The notes beneath the pieces were generated by a model that was not told the DNA's origin, did not search any database, and was given only the letters and a program-made list of their open reading frames with translations. DNA of 64,000 bases from Yuukianura sp. NJ FZ-2021 (Eukaryota): assembly GCA_046563655.1 (NCBI GenBank), contig CM102284.1, positions 6,076,001 to 6,140,000 of the forward strand. The letters are read 5' to 3'. The first letter of the stretch is position 1; every line of letters begins with the position of its first letter. Both the position numbers and the translations under genes were made by a program. This document shows positions 39,450-54,400 of this stretch, one piece after another.

Positions 39450-42400
39450 TTACTTGACGTCGCAGAGCAACGCAACACCACGAAGAATCCAGTGCTCCGG
39501 TGGAAAATTACTGCGTAGCCACAGGGGGCAAATGAAGTTGAGTCCTGTTCGTCCTGGCTTCTTGTAAACTGGACACTGAAATTCGAAAAACAGAATTTGA
39601 GGACAAGTTTTTAAAAAAATTAGACAAATGTGTCTAATTAGTTGATTCAAAAACAATTACCTCGTAGAGGGCTGGATCTTTGGGTTTGATGTTGTCTGAC
39701 GCAACGATGTGAATCACCGGCATTTGGCCAAACAGGATTTTCGGAGCAGATTCAATGATCTTACAACCGCCTTTGTCCCAAGCAGCTCCCTCGATGAAAA
39801 GTCCGTAAACGTAGACTGAAAACGTAAAATTTGTTTAAGTTTTTTTCTCTTCAAAAAACCGAAATTTCAAAAATAATCACCTCCTTCTGGTGGAACTGCG
39901 TTTCCTAATTCCTCTTTAAACGCTTTGAGAACTTCGTTGTGAAGGGCGACTTGGTCCAGGGCCCATCCCTTGTGGGCACGCGTCACTTCCTGTTTCATGG
40001 CAGTTAAGAATCCTTGCGGGTTGAAGAATCCTGTCATCCAAAATGCGTTCGGACGTCCTTTGTTCAGCCACTTTACGAGTTGCGCATTGCGTTCCAACAT
40101 TTCCGTAAACCAAAATCCGATAGTGCTGCTCTGCCAAGACACTTTTCGCCAAGCTACTGGCACTTTGGCATCAAAAATACTGTCCAGGGCATCACGCAAA
40201 GCCTGGAAACAACAAGATCAAAGTAATTTGCATTAGTAATGTATGTAATTAACATCCAATTGTTCGAGTTTTTTTTTAAACTGACCTCGTTCATAATGAT
40301 GGTACCGTCAATTGCCAACTTGAGATCTGTGAGTGTCTGACGCACAACTTTCAGAACTTTCTGCATTCGATCAATTTCCTGTCGCAGCGTAATGTTCATT
40401 GGAGTGAGGCCACCCATTTCAGTGATTCTAGAAAATGAGGAAGAACGGATTTAGCACACTTTCAAAAAAGAGATAAATTTTTTCTGTACCGTTCTTTGAT
40501 TCGATGAGGAACAAAATTTGGCGGAAGTTTGTCCAGAAATTCAGCAGCTTGCCGGTAAACAATTGCTTCTCGTGTTTCTCCTCCTCCCGTAGCAGAGTCT
40601 TTTGGTTGAATTTCCAAAATGGTGTCCAGCATGTTTTTGGCAGTGTTGCTTTGGTATGTGATTCCAGCATTTCGGTGAAGTCCGTAAACTCCTGGCTGTT
40701 CGTTGTTCGGTAAAGTCTCGTCAATTACTCGAACGTAGTCTTCGATTGTTTTCAACTTCAACATGCCATAACCGTCGGTAAATTGGAAACCCTCCTGCAA
40801 AATGGCATCGGACAACCAAACACGAGAGAAAGTTCCAAGGAGACGCTTGTCGTATTCATCTAAGGTTGAAAATTATAAATTTTAATCACAATTGTTCCAT
40901 TAATCACAACTTTTGAATCAATTTAGTACTCCACTTACCCGTGACTCTTCCTCCATAGTGCACTTCACCAACCATGTATCGAATCGTGACCCAACTCACT
41001 CCCTTCTTGGGGTCAATTTCATCCAAATGTGTTTGAAAGAATTGGACACAAGCAGCCCAATCTGCCCAGTTAAATTCATACGGAATGTTCCAACCCAAAG
41101 CTCCAAACTTCCGTCGTTCTTGAACAACGGAATGAAGAAACGAAATTGCGTAGAGCATTGGACGCCATTGCGTAGCATTCGTGTACTCCAGCGTGTCGGA
41201 AGTGATCGATGTGTAAGTTCGCTTCAACCCAGCCTTGACTCCTTGCGGTGGATCGTTTGTAAATTTGATGCAAATCTGGAGCAGTGAAATCGGAAATTGC
41301 GGATGAACTTCAGTCGTGAGCCAAAGGCGAAACGTCGCATGTGGCTCTTCTGCTTCTAAAATAATGTTCAGAAGTTCTGTCATGAAGTCCAATCCCAAGT
41401 GGCAGTTTTGCAGCAGCACCCATCCTGAAAATCCAATTTTTTAGAAAAAGTTCATCTTCAAAAAATGTTTATACAAAACAAACCTCCTTCAACCATGAAG
41501 CTTGCTAAGAGAGCTCTGGCGTGGATCTCCTGTCCTTGTCCCATTGAAATTGATTTGATTGGAAAGTGAAGGCGTTTCGCCAAAGTTTCAATCTGCGGAG
41601 TTGGATCAGAACCCATACTGAAAATTCAAAAAAGACAGTTTCAGTTTTCCAAAAAACAGCTCTGATTTCGTTCGATGCGACAGTTGACATTACCTTAAGA
41701 AACAGCAGCAAGGCGTGTTTGGACGAGACTCATTATACATTTCGTCAAGACTCAAAACTACTGGCGAAGCAAACTTTTGTCCAAGGGAATTTCCAACGTA
41801 TTTCCGAGCTTGCGAAGTAACACGATCCGGACACCAAGAACGAATTAGAAGCAGACGGTAAAATGGATCGACATTTTGGTAGCCATCCGGGATATGCTCA
41901 TCTTCTGGAGCATCTTTGTCAAACCAAGCTTTCCAGAGTCGCTCATTCTTGGTCACTTGGGCTTGGATGTTTTGAAAACGTGGCAACTTAGAAAGTTCAA
42001 CGAGGTTAAGCCAAGTGACATCGGTCATCCACACGTTGGGTTTCGGAGCAACAGCGTTCAGGTCAAGGGCACCTTGAAAAAAGATGTCAATTAACTAATT
42101 CGTTACATTGTTGGATTAATTTAGTTAATCAAGTTACCTCCTCCTTTGATCAGAGTTTGGAATTCATTGAACTTGACTGTTCCACGATTGATGTCAATTT
42201 TCAGAGCCATGAGCAGTGTAAACATGAATTTGTGTGGTTCGTAAAAACCACGTGATGAGTAACGGTAAATCTCAAAGGTCAAGTAGTCATTGATGAAATG
42301 GATTCGTTTTCCAACATTAGTCGTATGTTCCGACTTGGCCATGGAAGCTGCGCAAAAGTGAATCTCGTGAGTCACAAATCATGCCCTACACCCTACACTA

Positions 42401-45400
42401 CAGTTAGGTAAACTTACCGTCGAAAAGTTCCAGAAACTGATTCAGTGATGTTTGGTACATGCAGTTGACCATGACCATGTCACAGATCAGGAAGTACAGA
42501 ATGGAGCCGCGAGTGGCAACAGGTCGAAACTCTTCTCGGGCAACGTTGATCTTCTTTTCTGTTTCAGCTGCCACGAACAATTTTTCTTTGACATCCAACG
42601 CAGTAGACTTAGTTGTATTCAAAACTTCGACGATACTTTCGTCATCCAGCAGCGATCCTTGGATACTGCTCAGTTTATACAAAAGATTCTCTTCAAGTTC
42701 TGCCATTTTTCTGCGATTGGAAGTAACGCCTTCCACCAGCGCAACTCTGTCCGCCTCCAATTCTTCCTTTTCAGTTGAAATGACTCTTCCTAAAAGCTGA
42801 TCTTCCAGGCCTTTCATGGTCACAGTAAAGTCAATGATCAGCGTTCGGGCTGAGATTTCCGGAGAGTACACTGGATTCGGAAGCTTCGTGGTCATGTAGA
42901 GCCGAAATCCTGGAGTGACTTCGATTTCACTGTCACCTAACTTGACCTTGAGAAAGTTTCCGGCCTTGATGAAGTTCTTTTCCAGTACGTTGTCCAAAAG
43001 TGGATCCAATTCTTCGCCAATGTCTTCGATGAGAAGCGGCAAGCCTTGGGACAGAGCCTCTTCGACATGCTGGCGAAAGTACTTGTGATTTTGAGAGGTA
43101 AGCTGGAAGGGAGGCGATCGTCAGTTTACGTCAAAGTTATGAGGTCAAAGGTCACTCAGAATAATTTACCTTCAGGTTATTCTCCTTTTCGAGACTCTTC
43201 AACCAAGCCTTTCCTTGAACTTGAGGATCAATCAACAACGGAAACCGTGGACCGCGGTTGACGATTATTCCGTTCTGTGACAAAGTGTTTTTCAAAATTT
43301 CGAAATTTCGGAATTTTTTCAAAATATTGGTGAAAAATGTCTTTACCTGGATTGATAGCTCGTCGTTCGGAAGACCATGTAAGTTCCATTCTCCGACCTA
43401 AAATGTAAGGACAAAATCAGTAAAACAGAAATCATAAATAGTTGAAACAAACGCTTTGACTTTTGAAAATTTTGAAGAATCCAACGTCGCTTTTTCAGTA
43501 CAAAAAAAAAGTTGAATTTTAATTTGAATAAGGTTTTTTCGGTGTAAAAATCATGACGTTACGTACAATGTGGGGTTCCACAAGCATGTTGATGAGGCTG
43601 ATGTCCATTGACATCGGAAGTCGCCGTCGCTTCAATTCTCCCTAGAAGAAAGCATTCAGTGAAAGCAATGTTTTTCTTTCAAATTCTTATGAAATTAAAA
43701 AAAACTCCAGATTTTGAATTTACTTTCCAAGAATCCAGCAGGGTTGTTCTGTACTCCTGGTTGAATGGACCAGTATAAGACAAGAACCCTGTCAACAAAA
43801 CGACGTCTCCCGTGAGTCGAATGATACTGGATTTGAAAGTCTTGGATTGCTCAGTCCAACGCTCTCGTTCGCCTCCAAGTCCATTGATCAGATCAGAAGC
43901 AAGAGTCATCTTTCGCTTGCAGCGATTGGCCTCGTCAACCACAACTTGGCGCTTGGTCATTTGCGCTTCGTACATCTTCGTGGCATCTCCCAGTTGCTTT
44001 TCTTTTTCACCCAAAGTTTCCTGTGCTTTCTCCAGTTTTGCATTGGCTTTGGCCAGTTGTCCTTCCGATTGGGCCAGGTTCATTTTCAGTGGCAAAACAG
44101 TTTTGTTCACACCGTAGTACAGTGACAATGCTTTCGTCCAGGACAACAACCCTGCCACGTTACCGCAAATTTGCTTGGCTCTAAAAAATAAAATTTTAAA
44201 TTTGGTTTTTTAAATTTCAAAAATTAGAGCGTCTAGTTCAAAACTTACTTCTCTTTGTAGTAATCTTTCATTTTGAACATGGGTTCCTACAAGAGACAAA
44301 GAAAAATTTGGAAAATTTATTTCAACATTTTGAAATCGTTCTTTTTTTTTAACAGACCATAAGATCCCTGTGTTCTCCGTTCATGGAATCCAAGTCGTAG
44401 TCTCTGAGCGAAATCAAAAAGTTTGACGACATGAAACGCAGAGCCAATTGCCAACTGGGTTTTGGGCATGCGCCGATTGCCGGATCTGAAGAATCTGCTG
44501 CCATGTCCATAACGTAAGGTTCAAGCCGCTTGTAGAACAGAATCATCACCATATCCAAGACACGCTGAATAAGATGAGGCGGTTTTCCAAGTTTTCGCAC
44601 TGTGGCAATATCTCCTTGATCAATTGTCTAAATCATTAAAAAAAAAGTTTCAAAATTTTGAATTTAAGATATTTCTTTCTGAAAGTTTTTTGTCTAATTG
44701 AAACCTTTAAAGCTTCTTCGGCCTCAAGAAGTGCAGGTTTAGCCAATTCTAGCTTAGCTTCAGCTTCTTTCTTTTTAACTGAAATCGTTTTGACAAGTTC
44801 CTCGGCCGCATCTTTCACAACTTTGACTTCGTCTTTGACTTTCTGTAACGAAATTCAAAAATCTATGAATTGTGAAAGTTTCTTTTCGAAATTTTGGCTA
44901 TAGAAAATGCCAAACCTGAGCCGAAGTTGCCACAACGGTGACATCCGCCAAAACTTTGTCGGCTTCTGCTGAAGCAATCGCCAGTTTGGCCTCCATCACT
45001 ACCAGTTCCTTGCTGAGTGCCGCTACTTGTACTGCCGCTTCCTGCAGTTTGACCAATCCAGTGTCCATTCGCTTGCTCAGCATTTCGTAATGCTTTCGGC
45101 TGTCACGGTAGATTTGTTTGTAGCCGTGAATGAAAGACAAGTAGGATTTAGGTGTGACGTGAGCTTGTCTCCGAAATCTTCCGTAATACTCCAAACATAC
45201 TGCAGATACTTGGTCGTGCACTGTAGCCATGAGGTCAATCAGTTGACCTTTGGAATCTCCGGGACACACAATTGGAAAATTGGCAATGAAATGCCGCGAT
45301 ACTGCCACCAGAGCATCTCGCGGCCATTTTGAAAACCAATCAATAGTACATCCAGAGACAAGTCCTAGAAAAAAAAAAGAAGTTCAAATTCTAATTCAAA

Positions 45401-48400
45401 AACTGAAAACCAAAAATTCAGAAAGCTAGAAAAAAGATTCAACATTTCATTTCACCTGGAAATTTTAGCGACCTTGAACGGAATTTTGGCCCGACCTGAA
45501 ATTCAAAAAATTTGGATTCGAAAGTTTAAAACCAAAACTTAAAAAATACGAAATTTAGAATTGATACAACTTTCCAATAAAAAATCAAAACTTACTGGTG
45601 AAAAGCAGAGAACAAGGTGAAGGTTTTTGCGCACGCGTGAGATGAAGTACGAGTACAAATTGTCCATGGTTGGTTCACGTTTGCCGAATTCTCTCTTCAT
45701 CGGCATGATCAGTTCATTGCAAATTTCGTCCACTTCGTCTTTCGCAAGCAGATTTGCAATTTCACCGGAACTGAGCATATTGTTGAAGTACTCCAGAAAT
45801 CCTTCTTCCTTGATATCATTGTCAGTGAAAATAAACGCAACACCTTTGCCCTTTTGACCTGCTTGTTTGTACAATTCCTTCAAATCTAAAATTTCAAAGC
45901 AAAAAATATTATGTAGCTTCAAAAAAATTGAAATTAATGTTTTGATTTTCAAAATTAACCTAACCTTCCAGTAGATTCGACACGGTGTAAGCTCGAGTCA
46001 GAGTGATCTGAAATGTCGTGTAGCCAGACAGGAATGAGGCCAGTTTCGTCAGACTTTGTTTACCACTTCCTGGAAATCAAAATTCAAAATTTTCAAAATT
46101 TGGATAAGTTTTAGCTATTTCAAAAAATGTTTACCTCCGACACCAACCAGCATTGCACATCCGCGATCAGTTCGGATGATGCGACTGATTCGGAGAATGT
46201 GTAGAACTGCATCTCGGAAGAACACCAAGTCCAATTTCGCTCCTCGGACAATTTCGTTGTATTGCTCCTCGAAAACGCTAAGACGGTCTTTGACAGCATC
46301 AAAACTTGGAATTGGTTGATAAACAAACGGAAAGTCAGGAAGTTCGTCGTCTTCATGTAGTCGTCCTTGCTCGATCCTGGAGTCAAAGGTCACGAGGTCA
46401 AAGATCAAAGTGTAAAATTATTTCACGACTTACATGTCATCAGGATCCAGCATGAATGACACCCAAAGCGGTTCAGCTGGCAGTACTTGTTCATAGGTGT
46501 CACCCAGTTGTTCGCTGACAACACTATGCAGTAGTTTCAGAAACCAATTCGTGTCGTCTTCGTTAATGAAGCGATCGGCGATTACTCTTGTGCATTCGTG
46601 CTTCCAGAGGGACAACAGCGTTTTGACATCGTTGCAATCCTTGTTCACAACGCGCAGCATCCCTTCCCAAATCCTGGACAAATCTCGCAAGTTGAACACG
46701 TAGTGAAACTAGGTCAATTCAGGAAGCCAAATTCGAAATTCGCCGAAACTTTCAAAGAATTTTAATTTTGAAATTCTAGTCTTACCTTTGCCGGTGTCGG
46801 CAACATTTTGACTTTCGTTCGCTGCCAAAGTGTACGTGTCAGTGGGACAATTGACGGAATAGCATTGACAATCTCCTCACCAAATCTTGAATGGCAAAAG
46901 TAACCCATCCCGATCACATCAAAGATTTTGTCCATACTGGAATCTGAAAAAGTCAAATTAAGTCAGAAAAGTCATGGCATTAGAAATTTGGAAACTTAAA
47001 ATTTCAAAAAATTCAAAATTTCATACCCGAGGGCAATGTGCAATTAAAAATGCAAAATTGGCGTTTCAAGCGATGTGGAATATCGTTTCGTCCGCCTCCA
47101 GGATGAATCATGGCAGCCATAAACTGAATGTCCAAAATGTAATTGAATTCTCCCGGTTTGTCCAGAGAGTAAATTCCTTTCATTTCCATTAGTTGACGAA
47201 CAATTTCGTTGGTGATTTGGTCTCCCCAGTCGTTGAAAACGGGCATATTGATGTCGTCAATGAAAATTGTCAATTTTCTAAAACAAATCAATTTTTCAAA
47301 AAAGTTGTTCCGTTTTTAGGAATTTTGAAATTGACAGTATTGTCTGTACCTTCCTCTCGGTGGTCCATAAGTCGTTCCCATGCGTTTGTCCACAAAAGAC
47401 TCGATGGTTCTTTGAAACAAATTTGGCGTGGTTTCTGATGAGAAGTTGATAATTTTTGACATCTTGGTTTCTGGATTGTACGACTCCAGATACTTGTTGA
47501 CCATGACAGTTTTAGCTGTTCCTTGTTCACCAATCAGAAGAACCGCTTTGCCCTCTTTCGCAATTTGGTGGATCAAGTAGTTCGTTCGAACGTTGTCGAC
47601 GTTTGGAACTAAAATGTTGGCATACAGTGGGACAGAATCTGGTGGATACACATACTCTTCCACGTGATGCTTCCAGTGCTCCCTAAAACAAACAAAAAAT
47701 ATGTTTTAACATAAAAATTTTCAATTTTTTCAAAATTTGAACCTCACCATTGTCCCGTAGCTCCCACTGCATACTCGAAAATGGTCTCCTCCGGTTTGCA
47801 TTTCGGCCAATCCAAATGTGACTCATGCGTCGTCACAAATTCTTGCATTTTGGCTCTGTCTTTCAATTCCAGAAGGGCTCCAACACTCCACATGAGAGAG
47901 AACAGAAACAGACGCTCGTAGTGGGCAGCGGCCACAGTCGCTTTCTGGTTGTTTCCAGAAGTGAATGCCTGGGCTTCCTGTATAAGTCCTTGGAGGAGGT
48001 CAACGGCCTGACGAATGTAGAGGGCGTCCTGAATGGCCATTTTCGGAGCGGTGTTGATCTTGATGAAATTCAAAAGATCAGAAAAGATCTTGTCGAAGAG
48101 TCCGAACAAAAGCTCGCTTTCATGGCGAGTGCGCTTGAGCAACCAGGATTGGAGAATTGGCTGCCATGGAAGGACGCTGGAACTCATGAACACCATTCCA
48201 ACACGACTCACTGTTGCTGGAGAGGCGTTGTCCACATTGTCTATAAAAAGAATTGATGATTCAGCATTAAAAATTGATTTTTAATAATTAAACAAAATCC
48301 AAACCTAACCTGGTTCAAAAACCAATTTGACATTGACCCCCATCACAATTCGATCTCCATTGGCCAGAGTCAAAGTTTTGTTGTCGTCCAGCACAGAGTT

Positions 48401-51400
48401 CAAATTTTCTAAAAATCACAATAAAATTATGAATTCGTTCATCAAAATTTCAAAAATTGAAATTTTCTAAAAACCGATCCAAACAGCATCCACTGGTCCA
48501 TCAAGAACGATCCATAGAGCTTCTGACTTCTTGACCTTGAGAGCCTTGCGCCAAATTGTTGAAAAAATTCCATCAGTCCAGTCATTCGTAGCAACGTCCA
48601 AACGACCAAACATTTGGTATGCCAAAATTGCTGAAAAAAAAACCACACGCAAAAGTTTTGCCAATTTTTGAAATTCAAACAACGGCATTTTTTGAATTTT
48701 TTTAACCTTTTGGATTCATACGAACTTCCTTATGTGGAATACCCAACAGCGTAATGGCTCTCATCAGAATCAGCATCATCTGTGTTTTTCCAGCAGAAGT
48801 GGGTCCAAGGGCTGCAAAATTTTGAAAAATTAGGATTTTAGGAAAATTTGATTTTTGAAATTCATTTGAAGCTTTTCTTCCGTACCCATCAGCCCGTGTC
48901 GTACGAGGGAAGTTTCGTAGAACTGAATAACTTTCAAATTCCACGACGGATAGTTGATGAGTTTGGCCAGTTGAACTTCCTCTGCAATGAACTTCACAAG
49001 TTCATCGTGTGTCACACTCTCCAGAGTCACTCCAGGAAACAAGTCTTTGATAAGTGATAGGAACAGCCCTTCATCTTCGTCTACCAACTTGGACAAGTTC
49101 ATATCTCGCAGTACAGCCATGATCACGGTTTCCTCGGCGTCGTTAACGCGTTTGCGCTTCTGGAATCCCAGCGTTCGCAGGACAGCCAAGATGTTGCGGA
49201 GACCAAAGTCGTAGTGAACTTGTTTCGACAGTTGTTCTTCGCAGAGACGATACAGAGTGTAAAACTTTCGAGCTAGAACAACGTTTTCCAGAAAACCGCA
49301 AGAAGCCAACTTGACTCGAATGATGATTTGCTTGTCTAAACAGAAAGTGTTTTTAAAAATATGAGCCACATTTAAAATTTTTAGTTACATTCCACAACGT
49401 ACCTGGCACAATCATGGAGATTGCGCGAAACTGTACTTTCATATTTTCTGGAAGTTCAACTCGGCCTGAAGGTAACAAAGAAATTGACATTTTTAAAAAC
49501 CCATTATTTTCGAATTTCAAAATTTCATAATTTACCTGCGTATCCTGGATTCATTGTGACGATTACAGCAAATTCAGGATTCATGTCAACAAGATCACCA
49601 TCACTGAAAATGAACTGTTCTTTCTGATCTCTTCTGGCTTGCAGGATGACATGAATCTGTTGAGCTGCTACAGACAGGACAGGCAGTTCTACTCGATTGA
49701 TTTCGTCGAAACATCCCCAACTAGAAAAAATTTTAAAAATATTACATTTCGAAAACCCAAAGTTTCGAAAATTCTTAATCATTGGATTTGAATTACGATC
49801 CACTCTGAGCCATTCCTTTGAAAATACGTCCGAGTCCTCTGAAATCCATTTGATCTGAACAGTTGAACACTACGCAATACTTTCCCAGCGCCTTCGCCAT
49901 GTCTTTTGACGTCTCAGTTTTTCCAGTTCCTGCTGGTCCAGACGGATTTGCACCCAAAGAATTTCCAGCCGCTTGCGCAATGGTGATGTAGCAGCGATCA
50001 GTTAACGGAGTAATCACAAGACGATCAGTGCAGCCCATGAACTCATTGCAGTATCGAAAAGTGATATTCGTAATACGGACCTACGAAGTGGTACAAAAAG
50101 TATAAAAAAAAAATCAAAATTTTGAAAATTTTTGAAAAAAAGAAGTCATAATTCAAGTTTTACTTACGATACAAGAATCCTGTTCGAAACTGAAGAAGAA
50201 TCGAGCTTGCTTGAGCCATTCAAAATCAAAAGGACTCTTGATATGGGCTTTGCAAATGTCGTCAAAGATGTCACGTTGATGGACATGGATTGTGATCAGA
50301 GTCTGGCAAAAACGAAATTCAAAAAATTTTGTAAAGTTTTTGGTCAAAATTTTGTAACTGAAAAATTACCTCGAATTTGATACGCTCGTATTTGGTCAAA
50401 TTCTTAGTAGTTTGACTAATCAGGATGTTTAACATCGCAAGGAATTTGGCATTCGTTTGCTGCATAATCCGACGATCTCTTTTTGCATTCGTCAGCGCAT
50501 TTTCAGCGTCTCGTGTCCAGAGAATTTGAATTCCCAAAAGTCCAACTTGGGCCAAATAGTTTGCCAAAAATTCCAACAGATCGAAATCTGTTGCATTCAA
50601 AGCATAAGCCGAGTCACGGATGACTCCAAGGAGAGACGATTGTGCTTGAGTCAGAACAGTTCCCAGCCTGGAATTCAGAAAAGCAACAAATTAAAATTTA
50701 AAAATTTCAAAAAAATATTTGTTTTGCTTTTAACTTACCAAACTTCGACGTTTCCTTCTGCCATGCCCGGTTCTTCAAACAAGACCTTTTCACCTTCTTT
50801 TGAAATGACTCCCAGCATTCGGTTGTACTCTTTGGCATGCCAGTCAATTTCATTGACATTTTCAAAAATGCTGAGCAAGTGGGGCTGAATGGTGTGGGAA
50901 TCGCTGGCTTGTCCCAAAATTTCAAGTAAGACAGGATCCGAGACAAAGAAAAATCTTGGAAAGATTTTTCGTTTTGATTCCAGATAGCCGCTGAGCGATT
51001 TTTGACACAGTTCCAGTTGTTCCAGAAGATGCGGCAAAAGTTGCCCCATTGTTTCGTCACCAACACAACACGGAATCACCAACGGATTTTCACGTGCTCG
51101 ATTCATAATCTTTACCCATGTTCGGTCAATATTTTGGAACCGTTTGGCTTCTAACGGCATTTGTCTAAAAAATAAACACAATTTCAAAATTTTGAGAAAC
51201 CGTTTTTAGAATGACCAAAAAGTTTCAAACTTTACCTGGCAATGTCACCACCAACAAAAACAGCTTCCAAGTAAATCCATAAATTCTGGACAGCCAGCCA
51301 ATTTTCCAAAATTTGTGCCGTGTTGCTGAAATCCGTTAGATGTGCTTGCAGTTCTTTACGGTAGAGCGTACTGTATCGATTGTTAAACAGAAAATTGAGG

Positions 51401-54400
51401 ATCATCAAAGCATCTTCCAGTTGTGTCATGACATCAGCCGTTTCTTGCCCTTTGAGTAACATTTCTCCACGGTTTTTGAATGATGTAAATTGCAAAGAAA
51501 TGAGACCCCAGTCCAGTACAATTTGTTTCATCTTGGCTTCAATGTCTTTCTCCTTTCCAGCGCCAATGCAAATGTCTTCCACTTCATCTTTGAATTTGAG
51601 TAAAGGACAGCCGAGAACATCCTTGAGACAGAAGTTTTCATTTTCAAGGTCAAAGTGGTATCCAGTAACTTCTCCAATCCGTTCCCAATGTCGTTCCTTC
51701 ATGCTCTTATCGGCCATCAGTTCCAGAAGGGGACAAGTTTCATTGAAATCGTCAATCTTCTTCTTCAGGACGATATATGCTGGCCAGTCTCTTAGGGCTT
51801 TCGGGAGACGTCGGCAACGAGTTTGAAACTCAGCTAATTCGGCCATGATCTTCTGGATGTCGATTTCAGCCCACTTGATTTCGCTGAAAAACAACAACAA
51901 AGTTAAAATTACTAAAGTAGTTGAGCTTGACCTAAGAAATTCTAAAGGTCACTGACCTGTAACCGTCGATTGACCTCATGACGTCATTGTACAAACCATA
52001 AAGTTTTTGAAGAAGAGCTAACTCCTTCATGTGCTTGTTCATTTCTGGATATTCTTTAGGCACCATTCCGAAAATCTTTTCTCCTTCGTGACAAAGCGCG
52101 TATCGCTCATGAAGAGCGTCAAATTCGTCTTGGAACATCATCAGACCTGAAACAAACATTCAAAAAAATTCATTTTTCAGCTTTTTGAAAAAAAAAACGG
52201 AAAAAGTTAGAAAGCTTACGATCAGAAGCGTCTTGGGGTGACAAGCCTTCAATCATTGGACCGCGTTGACGATACTTCTCAAGATGTCGCTTCAGGTCTT
52301 GTTGGAATTTGGAAATGGCTTCAGTCAGTTTCGAGCGATGCTCCTCTTGCAGTGCGCAAATTACGTCTTGTGTGGCCAGTGCCTTTGCTTGAAGGAGATT
52401 GAAGTTGACGCGCAGTGTTTCAGATCGAAGTAACTCTTCATCTGGAACTTTGAAGCCTTGATGAGCAAGGAACGAATAGCATTCCTCAATTGGAGTCAGC
52501 AGAGCTTCGTCATCCACAAATCGATCCCGGATTCTCGCTAACAAAAAAAAAATATATCTTAAAAAATTGCTTTCTTTCAAAATTTTGGGGAAAATTTACA
52601 CAAACGCTCCATGGCGAACTTGATATCAGCCAAATCTTTAATTTCCATTGCAAGGTCCCTGTTCATTTCTTCAATGAAGTGGGCAATCTCAAGCGCCTTC
52701 TCACGGTAGTCGTCTGCCAGTAGTTTGCATAACGTGTGCTTCCAAGTTTTGACTTCAACGACCAATCCGAGCTTGAGTTCACTTGTCAGGATTTCCAGTG
52801 GACCGATTCTGAAAATCACAGGAAAAGTGAAATCTGACTGGAGACTGTTATTGACCTTTGACATTGAAACGGTTTAGCTTACCTGTGTTTCGGTTGAATG
52901 TCACCGATTTCTGTAATAAGGTCATTGTACTTCCTCATCAAGGCAGCAACTTCAGTGATCGCTGGAGATTCGTCAATGAAGTTCTTGATCTCATCGTCTC
53001 GGTCCTTCCGCCAGAGGTAGCTGTAGTTCATGTACTTGTGAATCATTGCTTGAATCTTTGGTTTCGCTTGCGTTACAACCGACTGCATGATGACCACCAT
53101 TTTGCTAATGTCCTTGTAGTCCATCACTGGCTTGTAGCAGTTCTTCAGTTTTGCATTGAGGTTCTCCAGATTGAACGTAGCATTGACTAAATTCAAAAAC
53201 CAAAAAATTAAAACAGTTTTCTGAATTGAAGTATCAGGAATAATTTTTTTGTAGTACCGTAAGCATCTGGATTTTGAAGTCTTTCGTAAGTATGTTGTTC
53301 AGCCGAAGCATCTTCTTTGGAAATATCTTTGAAGTAGGAGTCTTCCGACGATGCATCGAAAGACGTTCGTCGACTTTGTCCCCAAATTACAACTTGCTTG
53401 AGACATTCTACGACAATCGTGACACTTCTGGACAGGACCTGAAACAGATTTTGAAAAATTGATAATCAAAATGAAAATTTCGAAAAACTCAAAAATTTTG
53501 CATTTCCTCACCTTTTGTGTCTCTTCAATTGGTGGTTTGAGAGAAATGGACGGAATTGTAAGAATCAGATCCGACGTGAACAAGGGAATTCTGGATTCAA
53601 CTTTTCCGATATTCCGTTTATTCACTTGCGGTTCCTCGGTGCGTCGACGCAGAATATCCAGTGACGTTCTAGTAGTTTTTTGCAGTGCTTCGATACACTT
53701 TTGTGAGTAGAACATGAAGACATGGCGACATTCTTCATGCAAGTGACTCACTTCCTCTCTCACTGGTTGACTCAATTCCGAAATCATTTCCTGCAACATC
53801 AAATTTTCCCGGCCAGCTTTTGGTGAATCTTTTTTCGAATGACCTTTCATGACACTCTGTTTGGAGTCGGCGGAATCTAAGAAAGGTTCGACACAAATTC
53901 AGACATACTTTCAAGCAATTCATGATTCAGAATTTTTTTTTTGAAATATTACCCTTCTTCTCTGCTTTCGTAAACAAGTTTGGATTCATCCAGGCGTAGA
54001 GAATTTGATCAGGAACGTTAAGTTCATTAGTGGCTACGAGGGTGTTAATTAGTTCAATCACTGCAGCTTCACAGTGTCTCGATTTGTACTCCAGCTCCTT
54101 GGCCACAATTTTTCCGTATTCATGAATCCCTTTCAAGTATTCCTGGACAACCATTGGCTTGTCATCTGGCAGGTCAATCATCATGGTATGGCAAATGTCA
54201 TAGAGACACTGGTTGACACGCACGCTAAGGATTTCGTCAATCTTCTCAGCAATCGCTTCCAATTCGTTCAGATGAAGTTCGATGAATTCGAAATACTACA
54301 AAAAATCGTTTGATTTTCAATTCGTTTCCAAAAGCATTCGAAAATCAAAAAATTCAGATCAAAATTAATTGGCATTTTGACCATACCTCGTCACATTTGA